From Ranitomeya imitator (lineage: Eukaryota), in the NCBI RefSeq assembly GCF_032444005.1, contig NC_091284.1:725152001-725216000 (forward strand): DNA of 64,000 nt, written 5' to 3'. Each line of letters opens with the position of its first letter. Position 1 is the stretch's first letter. A model generated the notes under the pieces. That model was not told the DNA's origin. It saw only the letters and a program-made list of their open reading frames with translations, and made no database searches. The translations under genes were made by a program, and so were the position numbers. Shown piece after piece: positions 1 to 11,200 of this stretch.

Positions 1-1740
1 CACCCAGGTCTTTTTCATTGACGGTTTTGCCCAGAGTTTTAGAATTAAGCACATAATTATACATCTTATTACTTCTACCCAAGTGCATGACCTTACATTT
101 ATCCCCATTAAAGCTCATTTGCCATTTATCAGCCCAAGCTTCTAGTTTACATAAATCATCCTGTAATATAAAATTGTCCTCCTCTGTATTGATTACCCTG
201 CAGAGTTTAGTGTCATCTGCAAATATTGAAATTCTACTCTGAATGCCCCCTACAAGGTCATTAATAAATATGTTAAAAAGAAGAGGGCCCAATACTGACC
301 CCTGTGGTACCCCACTGCTAACCGCTACCCAGTCCGAGTGTGCTCCATTAATAACCACCCTTTGTTTCCTATCCCTGAGCCAGCTCTCAACCCACTTGCA
401 CATATTTTCCCCTATCCCCATTATTCTCATTTTATGTATCAACCTTTTGTGTGGCACCGTATCAAAAGCTTTTGAAAAGTCCATATACACTACATCCACT
501 GGGTTCCCTTGGTCCAATCTGGAACTTACCTCTTCATAGAAACTGATCAAATTAGTCTGACATGAACGGTCCCTAGTAAACCCATGCTGATACTGGGTCA
601 TGAGGTTATTCCTCTTCAGATACTCCAGTATAGCATCCCTTAGAATGCCCTCCAGGATTTTACCCACAGTAGAGGTTAAGCTTACTGGCCTATAATTTCC
701 GAGTTCAGTTTTTGTCCCCTTTTTGAATATTGGCACCACATTTGCTATACGCCAGTCCTGTGGTACAGACCCTGTTATTATGGAGTCTTTAAAGATTAAA
801 AATAATGGTCTATCAATGACTGTACTTAATTCCTGCAGTACTCGAGGGTGTATCCCATCCGAGCCCGGAGATTTGTCAATTTTAGTGATTTTTAGACGCC
901 GCCGCACTTCCTGCTGGGTTAAGCAGGTGACATTTAATTGGGAATTTTTATCACTAGACATTTTGTCTGCCATGGGATTTTCTTGTGTAAATACTGATGA
1001 AAAAAAGTCATTTAGCATACTGGCTTTTTCCTCATCCTCATCCACCATCTCACCCAGACTATTTTTAAGGGGGCCAACACTATCATTTTTTAGTTTCTTA
1101 CTATTTATGTAGTTAAAGAATATTTTAGGATTATTTTTACTCTCTCTGGCAATGAGTCTCTCTGTCTCAATCTTTGCTGCCTTGATTTGCTTTTTACAGA
1201 ATTTATTTAATTTTCTGTATTTATTTAATGCCTCCTCACTACCTACTTCCTTTAATTCTCTAAATGCTTTCTTTTTGTCACTTATTGCGCCCCTTACAGC
1301 TCTATTTAGCCATATTGGTTTCCTCCTATTTCTAGTATGTTTATTCCCATACGGTATATACTGTGCACAGGTCCTATCCAGGATGCTAATAAACGTCTCC
1401 CATTTTCTTTGTGTATTTTTGTGTCTCAGGATATCGTCCCAGTTAATTGCACCAAGATCCTCTCTCATCAGTTGGAAATTTGCCCTCCTGAAGTTTAGTG
1501 TCCTTGTAACCCCTCTACTACACATCTTTTTAAAGGATACTTGAAAACTTATTATTTTGTGATCGCTATTTCCCAAGTGACCCCCAACCCTTATATTTGA
1601 TATGCGGTCTGGCCTGTTGGTTAATATTAGGTCTAGCAGTGCCCCCCTTCTTGTTGGGTCCTGAACCAGTTGTGAAAGGTAATTGTCTCTCATAATTGTC
1701 AAAAACCGATTACCTTTGCTGGAACTGCAGGTTTCTATTC
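1..1740 (-). mobile_element. CR1-clade non-LTR retrotransposon, 5'-truncated, continues beyond the window start
   Basis: Minus-strand translation gives the end of an APE endonuclease (LDLILTN...GNSDH) then RT motifs KSPGSDGIHP, NYRPVSLTS, QHGF, DFSKAFD, SGVPQGSVLGP, FADDTKL; homology stops at about 1740. Confidence 0.93.
2..1738 (-). CDS. CR1 ORF2 fragment (endonuclease C-terminus plus RT); no start codon, runs off the window
   Basis: Five anchor motifs (codon starts 1729, 1567, 874, 313, 223) share one frame and no stop was seen by eye. It is missing from the ORF track, probably because it has no stop inside the window. Confidence 0.8.
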   Translation of the reverse strand, partial: METCSSSKGNRFLTIMRDNYLSQLVQDPTRRGALLDLILTNRPDRISNIRVGGHLGNSDHKIISFQVSFKKMCSRGVTRTLNFRRANFQLMREDLGAINWDDILRHKNTQRKWETFISILDRTCAQYIPYGNKHTRNRRKPIWLNRAVRGAISDKKKAFRELKEVGSEEALNKYRKLNKFCKKQIKAAKIETERLIARESKNNPKIFFNYINSKKLKNDSVGPLKNSLGEMVDEDEEKASMLNDFFSSVFTQENPMADKMSSDKNSQLNVTCLTQQEVRRRLKITKIDKSPGSDGIHPRVLQELSTVIDRPLFLIFKDSIITGSVPQDWRIANVVPIFKKGTKTELGNYRPVSLTSTVGKILEGILRDAILEYLKRNNLMTQYQHGFTRDRSCQTNLISFYEEVSSRLDQGNPVDVVYMDFSKAFDTVPHKRLIHKMRIMGIGENMCKWVESWLRDRKQRVVINGAHSDWVAVSSGVPQGSVLGPLLFNIFINDLVGGIQSRISIFADDTKLCRVINTEEDNFILQDDLCKLEAWADKWQMSFNGDKCKVMHLGRSNKMYNYVLNSKTLGKTVNEKDLG

Positions 1741-1869
1741 GGTTTCTTTGCACACAAACATTTGGCAAAGATTCAGTCTACCATCTAATTCACTGGGTAT
1801 TGTTTAGTATGGTTGTGGTCTAAAAATGTTAAAGGAAAAAACGCAGTGTCAAAAACGTGATAAAAACAC

Positions 1870-2550
1870 TGGATATTAGATCACACTGGCGCTCACCACT
1901 TAGTGACTGTGTGGCCCGAAGTGTCTAAGCGAGGACAGTCCCCCGGCTGCTGGAGTCTATAACAGAATATGTGCCGATTCTGTGCAAGTATGAACAGTGA
2001 CCTCAGAATATGATGCCGCTCTTAGGGGAGTATGGCCAGAGGTTCCGATGTAAAAAATCGGCAGGTAAAACAGTCACCTACTGTTTAAGTGAATAAAATT
2101 GAGCTAAATGTTGTATCCTAGGAAATCCACATAGTACCGGATACATACAAAACGCCACTAGATGATACAATAATCCTTGCAGAAACACTTAGTTACTACC
2201 TCCTGAATGCTACGGCCAGCTCAGCCACCTAACTAAGGGATTTCTTTGACTACATGAACACAGACATAAGCAGTATGGCACTTACCCTGGTGATGGTGTG
2301 CCAGCGACTGTGTTCATGGAATACCCGCCCCTGCGTCCAGCTATGCAGCTTGAAGCGTGAAGTTGCTGGGACGTGGATGGTAAGGTGGCGGGAAACACGA
2401 ACAGCCGTGCCGCCCCAGAGGAGCCCCGGCCGGTGGCGTCCCTGGAAACAGCTGAAAAAACAGCCGCCAGTACCTGCTCGCGTGTACAGTAGGTGGCTGT
2501 TTTTACCTGCCGATTTTTTACATCGGCACCTCTGGCCATACTCCCCTAAG
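1870..2550 (-). mobile_element. Short non-coding Penelope-like insertion (3' end plus inverted tail)
   Basis: 14-bp direct repeat CGTGATAAAAACAC at 1856-1869 and 2551-2564. About 2021-2084 is repeated inverted at about 2485-2550. The left end (TCACACTGGCGCTCA...CAGAATATGTGCC) resembles the terminus of the PLE at 58913. Confidence 0.7.
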
Positions 2551-2896
2551 CGTGATAAAAACACACGATAAGAAAAACGCACACAAAAATGCAGTGAAAA
2601 AAAAAACGCACGTAAACTAATTCAAATAATAGGTGCAGAAATGGTGCAGAAATTCTGCAATATCAAAAGCTCATCGTGGGAACATAGCCTTAATTTTAGG
2701 ATTTTTATTCTATTAAAGGGTGAAAGAACTCAACTCAAAAAATATATATCAAGGGTCTCAAAAAACAATATCATATACATACCCTAATCAAAAAGATATA
2801 CTTTATTAATTAAAAGGACCAAAAATAGAATCCACACCAAAAAGTGACCCACAAAAACAAAAACCAAAGAAAAATGTGCTCAAATAAACCTATCAA

Positions 2897-3109
2897 CCTT
2901 CGTCAGGCTGCATAATTTTACAACGTTAACAGGCTGCAGAGGTACAATTGTACCTTCATATATATTTTATTGAAATTTGGCCAATATATTCTGGACCAAA
3001 ACTGCAGAGATGTCACGAAATTTCAGCCCTCTACGGCTTTTCGAAAAAAAAAGTTATTGCAATTTTAAAACAGAATAGTTACAATTGTACCTACTCAGCC
3101 GGACGAAGG
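2897..3109. mobile_element. piggyBac-type MITE inserted in the left arm of PLE-1
   Basis: TIR CCTTCGTCAGGCTG / CAGCCGGACGAAGG, flanked by TCAA (2893-2896) and TTAA (3110-3113). The inverted right arm retains the empty site (+ strand GTTTTAATAGG near 7181-7191). Confidence 0.8.
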
Positions 3110-3793
3110 TTAAAACTGTTGGGATAAACTAAAAGTTCCTAGGATTGTCCACTAAGCTCACACCTACCTGGCTGCGGAGGATGACACCCTAGGAAGGAAC
3201 GTATTGGCGCCCCCACTCCACGATGACTGACCCTAGGGTCCCTGATATACCCTGCAACCACTAGGGAAACCCTCTACCCAGATTCTAAAGGGACCCCTAC
3301 CAATAGACATAAACGATTCTATTCTAAGGAGACTCTAGATTTTCTAACCTTAAAAACAAAATTTGAACACATATGGCAAGTGGTGGTACGATGGTAAATA
3401 GTCAATATATTGTCTAGTGAACAAAGCCTTTTCCAGACCAAGCTTTTGGTGTTGGTAAGGATCAACCACACCAATATACAATATGAAAAATACAAAATCC
3501 TCTATCAAATTAATTGATGTCTTTTAGTGTTTCTTGGTTCTAGAGCCCACATAGCATCCTAATACACTCATATATATGTCAAGGGGAGTGTAACTCTACT
3601 TCCCTACCTGCTACAAACGGGTCAAGCCAGTTAGCTCAAAAAACACCTCTTCTCCATCATGGAGTATTTTCACAAAAACATGCAGAGAACTTTGTGAATT
3701 AACATGCTCAATAGCAAATCATATACACATAATGTCGATACTCATCTGATGCCTTGTTCATTTTTCAACCACCACTGCCACGTAGCAATTACC

Positions 3794-3832
3794 GCCTCAA
3801 CGCGTTTCGCCTCATTTGGCTCATCAGGAGGC
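3794..3832 (-). ncRNA. Minimal type I hammerhead ribozyme, intact core
   Basis: Minus strand GCCTC-CTGATGA-GCC-AAATGA-GGC-GAAA-CGCG-TT-GAGGC: 5-bp stem I, 3-bp stem II, palindromic ACGCGT stem III, GUU cleavage triplet. Confidence 0.88.
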
Positions 3833-4856
3833 CCGTTATCCAGATATATTGTGTCCCAATAAATATGTAGTAGTTTACTACCGGCCGATATAAGCCTCTA
3901 TTTATACTCACCACGCTCCCCGCCATGGAAAACCTCCCCACTGATTAATTCATCCGGTTTCACAATACTACCGCCCACTATACCAAGTGTTCATGCCCCA
4001 AATGAAGCGCACATCTTACTGCACCAATCGCTCATTGGGCGCTAAAACGCAGAAATACTGCGGCCAATCACTCACCAGGGATTGCATTTCCACTTCTGGG
4101 TTAAAACCTGACCCGGCGTGAGCATCCAGTCACTGCGCATGTCCCCGCACGTATCCAGGCCCCTTATGTGAGATCTAAACTTTCTCATACTGCGGTAGAT
4201 CACTAACTAAGGGCTGCCGTTCCACTTCCGGGTTCACCCAGCGTTAGCCCTCAGTCACTGCGCATGTCCCCGCATATATCCGGGCGGATTCTATGGAACG
4301 CAAGCTTTCCAATCCTTTATTCTAAGCAATGTGAGGAGCCAGGGACGTATGGAACACACTGTCATGTCAATTTATAAAAAACTTAGATGATAAGTTATTA
4401 TAGGTATCCACTTAATACATACTTGTACAATACCTCTAGGAATCACAATAAATTCCCATTTTATACTTTTATTATTTTATTATTTTGACATAGCTAACCC
4501 AGTTCCCTACAACGATGAATGTTGTCGAATATCCATTAAGCCAAGTGGTGGTAAGTATAAGGAGAAATAAGATATATATTTGATCTCTCATAGTAATCTA
4601 TGTTACCCCCATATTATAAGGGGATTTCCTAAACATTAGGAGAACCAGTCTCACTCGGAACAGTCCCCAAAATTTATATTTTTCAGAAACGGCTATATGC
4701 AAAAGTTAGCTAACAAACCCTATAAATTGGCTATACACCATATAGAATGGCTATATACCACCTAGAAAACCTATAAAAAACAAGCAAAGGACATTTGTTC
4801 ATTGATCCCTTTCAGCTCCAAAGTCTCCATCCTAAATATCCACTCACATTCCCTTT

Positions 4857-6418
4857 TTAAAATAACCTTGTCAGTATTACCCCCCTGAGGTTTAGATTGA
4901 CCACCTCTATAATCAGGAACTTAATCTCTGTAAGATTTACATTGTGATAGGTCTGCATGTGTTTTGCCAATGGGGTATCCCTGTTGTTTCTAATATCCCC
5001 CATGTGCTCGCCGACCCTTCTCCTAAACTCTCTCTTCGTTTTCCCTATATAATCCGTTGGACAGGAACAGGTAGCTGGAAAAATCTCGTTGGTAGAAGGT
5101 TTTACCCATAGTAGAGCTCTGGAATGACTTACAAGGTCGCATTCACTTACAAATGCTACAGTCCCCACATTTATGGAAGCCGCACGGTCTCCTGTCCAGC
5201 CATGTACCACTGGCCACCGGTCTTTTATACTGACTATGCACCAGCATGTCCCTTATAGATCTACCTTTCCTGAACGTTATATTTGGACGTTCACCCACCA
5301 CATCTATAAGATCAGGGTCAAATCTAAGGACATCCCAGTGTCTTGTAAGGATCTGTCTAATTTCCTGATGTTTCACGTCAAAAGTGCCAATAATCCTCAT
5401 GATCTCCGGGGAACTGTTTGTAGTATGTTTCTGCAATAGGCGTTGCCTATCAGCTTTTTTTGCAAAATCGTATGCTGTATCGAGGACATGCCCAGGATAC
5501 CCCTTTTCCTTAAACCTGTTGTACATGTCCCTCGATTGACTCACAAAAATTTCATTTCTTGAGCAGTTCCTCCTCAATCTGAGAAATTGTCCCTTTGGAA
5601 TTGCTCTTTTTAAGGAGACAGATGATGACTGTTCCAATGCAACAGGCTATTGGTACTTTTCGGTTTACGATAAATGTTTGTAGTCACAGCTCCATAATCC
5701 TCTTTTCTAATTTTAACATCAAGAAATGCCAGTTCCTCCCCATGAATCTCTGATGTAAACCTGAGCCCTATATCGTTTTGATTTAAATCCTTAACAAATT
5801 TCCCAAACTGGTCTCTCATCGCTGTCCATATCACAAAGACATCATCCATAAATCTGTACCATATAGATATATGGTCTTGCCACCATTTGACATCACCTCC
5901 GAAGACAATAGTCTCCTCCCACCAGCTCAGGAACAAATTTGCATACGATGGGGCACAAGGACTCCCCATCGCAGTGCCCCTGAGCTGGTGGTAATGCTTG
6001 CCGTCAAACGTAAATGCATTATGGGTAAGTGTAAATTCAAGGAGGGATATCACGGAATCATTATGTTCTCTACATACCACAGATCTTTGTTGTAGGAAAT
6101 GTTCCACCCCCCTGATCCCTGCGTGGTGTGGGTTATTACTATAGAGGGCCTCTATGTCAATGGAGGCTAGCCAGGCATTTTGACTCACATGGATACCTTC
6201 AAGTTTAAGTAGCAAATCCGCTGTATCTCTCAAATAGGATGGAGTGGAGATAAAATTGTGGTTTGTATATAGATCAGATCCTTCGCTCTTGTTGTGTCAG
6301 AGATTCTACAACAGAGACAATTGGTCATCCCTTTAGAGGGTCAAGGCCCTTATGTACCTTTGGTAGTACAAAAAATGTGGCTACAAGAGGAAACTTGGGT
6401 AGGAGGAACTCAAATTTA
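4857..6418 (-). pseudogene. PLE-1 reverse transcriptase / GIY-YIG endonuclease, frameshifted and 5'-truncated
   Basis: LPKVHK near 6350; SIDIEALYSN, GTAMGSPCAPSYANL, YRFMDD (5610-6233); KRAIPKGQFLRLRRNCS (5143-5637); DYIGKTKREFRRRVGEH (4857-5210), spread over several frames. Confidence 0.9.
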
Positions 6419-8223
6419 CAAGTTTACATCTTACATAAGGGGCCCGGATACGTGCGGGGACATGCGCAGTGACTGGATGCTCACGCCGGGTCACGCGTTG
6501 AGGCGGTAATTGCTACGTGGCAGTGGTGGTTGAAAAATGAACAAGAGATAAGATGAGTATCGACATTATGTGTATATGATTTGCTATTGAGCAAGTTCAT
6601 TCACAAAGTCCTCTGCATGTTTTTGTGAAAATACTCCATGATGGAGAAGGGGTGTTTTTTGAGCTAACTGGCTTGACCCGTTTGTAGCAGGTAGGGAAGT
6701 AGAGTTACACTTCCCTGACATATATATGAGTGTATTAGGATGCTATGTGGGCTCTTGAACCGAGAAACACTAAAAGACATCAATTAATTTGATAGAGGAT
6801 TTTGTATTTTTCATATTGTATATTGGTGTGGTTGATCCCTACCAACACCAATAGCTTGGTCTGGAAAAGGCTTTGTTCATTAGACAATATATGGACTATT
6901 TACCATCATACCACCACTTGCCCTATGTGTTCAAATTTTGTTTTTAAGGGTTGGGAATCTAGAGTCTCCTTAGAATAGAATTGTTTATGTCTATTGGTAG
7001 GGGTCCCTTTAGAATCTGGGTAGAGGGTTTCCCTAGTGGTTGCAGGGTATATCAGGGACCCTAGGGTCAGTCATCATGGAGCGGGGGCACCAATACGTTC
7101 CCTCCTAGGGTGTCATCCTCCGCAGCCAGGTAGGTGTGAGCTTAGTGGGCACACCTAGGAACTTCTAGTTTATCCCAACAGTTTTAATAGGTTTATTTGA
7201 GCACATTTTTCTTTGGTTTTTGTTTTTGTGGGTCACTTTTTTGGTGTGGATTCTATTTTTGGTTCTTTTAAATAATAAAGTATATTAAAAGTGAAAGAAA
7301 CAACATTTTTCCAATTTTTGTACAATAAAAGTTCAATATTTCTTAAAAACAAAACTAATATATTCAGAGAAAATGCAAAATTGCTTTTGAAACCTAAAAA
7401 AATACAAAGCTAAATAGTTATTATTGTAAGATTGGTACATACAACAAAAGTCAGAAAAATTCTACAGTCATTAGGGCCCAGAATGCTTTCAGGGGGAACG
7501 GATTTAAGGAAAAGCGTCATTCCTTACATGCCCCAGCACAGCATTCATGAAAGGGAGCTCTCAAAACCAATAAATTTGATATACAAATTGATTCCTTATG
7601 ACCCCGCATCTTGTATCATTCAGCAATATGAATGTAATGACTGCCACACTATGACCGAACTCATAAGTCTTCCATATATCTGATTGGTTCAAACTATTCT
7701 TTACTTTTATGTTGTGGGATTTGGTTTGCTGTGAGGAGTCCACGTTAAGTCACTTTTTAGTGTCTTAAAAAACTTCACTGTATCTTTGTTTAAATCATGT
7801 TTATTGAGTGAAGCAAGAAGAATAAAAGTAAACGATGCATTCTAGTATATCAGTAAAATACCAGGTAAAATTACACGTTAGACAAGAAATGCATTACAGC
7901 AACATCATATATCTTGCACTTAACATTCTAAAAAGTAATACTACTGATTGATATTATAATATGTTGACAATGAAGAACAATTGAAGTGAATAATAACCTA
8001 TATTATTTTCATTATGACTATTCAGTAATCACAATGCGTATTCAAACTAAAGAAGGGGTGGAAAACAAACAAAGAGATTAGAGTAGAGAAGAGATAGAGG
8101 GGTAGAAGAAGAGGAGAGAATTGGGTAGGGTAACGGGGCAGGGTGGGGAAAGGCGCGGCCATCATCCCGTCCCAGTTGTCAGGACGTAAACTGATGAATG
8201 ATCTAATGATAAGCGAGAGCGAG

Positions 8224-11200
8224 TCATGTATTACATCGGGCTTCAGAAATCCAGAGATCCAGGTCAGGGGTTTCCCTGAAAGCTATCCAGGGGGCCCATG
8301 TGATATATGTTTTATTTACATTACCTAGAGATTGATTTATTAACTGCTCCATCCTATAGATGTCATTGAGTTCCGCCACAAACTCCGCACGTGAGGGAAA
8401 TTTTTCCTGTTTCCAAAAGCGTGGAATCAAGTTCCTAACCGCGGTGAGGAAGTGTCTGAGGATGCTCTTTTTATATCGGGAAATCGACAAATCACATAGG
8501 GATAGTAATGCTATGCATGGAGAAGGTTGAATCTGAATGATAGACATCTTGTTATAAAGCTCAAAGACAGCCAACCATAAGGCTTTTATGGGAGGGCAAT
8601 CCCACCAAATGTGCATATAAGAGCCAGTCTCCTTTAAGCATCTCCAACAAGTGTCAGGAGTAGTGGGGAACACGGCATGTAACATAGAGGGACATCTATA
8701 CCATCTTGCCAAGATCTTGTAGCTCCTCTCCTGTGACACCGCGTATAATGACGATCTAAGCGTGAAGAGAAGAATTTTTTCTCTATCCTCAGGCAGTAAG
8801 GGCTTTCCCAGATCACCTTCCCATTTCGAGAAGAATGCTGGTGATCCCTGCAGTGGAGCCCCTCCCTCTTGGAAGATTTTATGTAGCAGCGAGACAGTAT
8901 GATCTGGAGGGCTTGTTGAAGTGCAAAACGTCTCAAAGGGGGTTAGCGGTCTGCCAATATTGGTTTGTTTAGAGATTGCATAAATGAAACTTTTGAGTTG
9001 TTCATAAAAAAACCAATCAGCAAAGGGTGCTTCCTCCTCTGGAAATAGTTCCTGGAGGGATTTCATCCTGTTCTCTTTTAGATAGTCATGGAGAATGGGT
9101 TTGGAATCTTTTCTCTTGTTTAAATACATCTCTCTTTTTAGCCCCGCAGGGAAGGCAGGGTTGTCGTAGATTGGGATCAAAGGTCCTGGGAGAGTTGTGA
9201 TCTTGAGGTCTGAGTTTCTATTTTTAATGAGAAGCGATATGTTTCGTGTAAGGAAGGGCAGACAGGCGCCCGCTCCCGATCCACCCCCGGACCAGAGAAT
9301 AATCTGAGAGTCACAGCCATTCAGATCATTCTCTATCTTTACCCATTTTTTACTATTTATGTTGTGGTAGAGGTCTAGTATACATGTTCCTAATGAAGCG
9401 TAACTATAGATCGCAAGATCTGGGAGGCCTAGACCGCCTGTCAGTTTTGATCTGCTTAATAACGTGTAGGAAATGCGTGCCCGATTATGAGACCATATGA
9501 ACCGGGTGATTATTTGTTTAAGGCGAGAAAAGAAGGAAGCTGGCAAGTATAGAGGTATTGTTTGGAAAAGGTATAAAAGGCGCGGTAAGAGGTCCATTTT
9601 TACTGCGTTGATCCTGCCTAGCCAAGACAACTGGAGCCTATGCCATTTTTCTAAATCTAGATTAACCTTTTGTAGGGCCGTTGTAAAATTGGTCTCAAAC
9701 AATTTGGATATCTGGCTGGTTATTTTAACGCCTAAGTAAGTGATGGAGTCAAAGCGCCATTTAAATGGAAAAGTGGTCTTTAGTTGTTCGACCAAGGGAA
9801 GTTGTAATGAGATGTTTAAGATTTCGGATTTGTGGGAGTTCATTTTAAAATTACTTAGGAGGCCGAATTTGTGCAGTTCCGAGATAATGTTTGGTAAGCT
9901 CGTGGATGGGGACGTGATGTATAGCAGAATATCGTCTGCAAAGAGTGCTATCTTATGTTCTTCGGAACGCAATTTTATCCCTTTGATTGAGGGGTTATTT
10001 CTCAATGCCACAGCCAAATGCTCCATTGTTAGTATATATAAGAGGGGAGAGAGTGGGCACCCCTGCCTTGTACCATTCCTGACCGGAAACACGTCTGAAA
10101 GTTTGCCGTTGACCTTGACCTGGGCACTAGGAGAGGTATATAGAGCAGAAATTCTGTGCATCATATTTTCTTTTAAGCCAATTTCTTCCAGGGTTTGAAA
10201 GATAAATTCCCAGTGAACCCGGTCAAAAGCTTTTTCAGCGTCAATCGACATGATACACAGGGGGTCCCCCTCCCTGCCCGCTCTGTCAAGTAGAGAAATA
10301 GTTCTGATTGTGTTGTCTCTCGCCTCTCGCCCTGGAACGAAGCCTACCTGGTCCTGGTTTATTAGTTTAGGTAAGAGGGGGCATAATCTATTTGCTAACA
10401 TTTTAGCGTATATTTTAATATCAACGTTTATCAAAGAAATCGGCCGATAATTATTACATGTAGAAAGATCTTTACCAGGTTTGGGAAGCACTGTAATGTG
10501 GGCGGCGAGTGATTGAGCAGGGAAAGAACCTCCCGAAGAGACAAAATTGCAGGCCTCCAGAAACAGTGGGCACAGTGGTGTAGTAAATGATTTATAGAAG
10601 CCTGCTGAGAACCCATCCGGGCCCGGGCTTTTTCCTTGTTTTAGGGCACTAATGGTTTCGGAAACCTCTTCTGTAGAGAATTCCCTTTCGAGGTCGGCTA
10701 GGTCGCCTTCAGGCAATATGGGCAATTTGTGTTCCTGCAAGTATGATTTAATTTTATTATGAAGAAATTGTGGAGGTGCATCTTTATAATGTCCTGTTAT
10801 ATTGTACAGAGATTCGTAATATCTGCTAAAGTTGGAAAGGATATCTCTAGTGTTGAACACTTTATTCCCTTCTTTGTTTTTGATAAAGGGAATGTAGGTA
10901 TTAGGGCAGTGTTTGTTAAGGGCTCTGGCTAAAAGCTTACCACTTTTATTGCCGAGTTGGTAAAAGCGGCTTCTGAGTCTCTCCCTGAGACACTTGGACT
11001 TTTGATCTATGATAGTCAATAATTTCTGCCTAACTGAAGTAAGCCGAGTAAATGTACTGGCGTCGAGATCTCGTTTATGCTGATTTTCTAATTGGTGGAT
11101 TTGATCTGTTAGGGTAATTATTTCCGCCGCTCTCTCTTTTTTCAACCGGGCGCCGTGGGAAATGAGAACGCCCCTCACTACACATTTCAAAGCTTCCCAT

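Larger units (their letters stand above)
2729..7285 (-). mobile_element. Penelope-like element PLE-1, 5'-truncated with an inverted copy of its 3' region
   Basis: Frameshifted RT plus GIY-YIG at 4857-6418; inverted arms at about 2796-4180 and 6420-7285. Possible degenerate TSD TAAAGGGTGAAAGAA (2714-2728) versus TAAAAGTGAAAGAA (7286-7299); the left boundary is tentative. Confidence 0.85.

Noticed and set aside
243-1544. + strand ORFs of 98-130 aa
   Set aside because: Antisense shadows of the CR1 RT frame.
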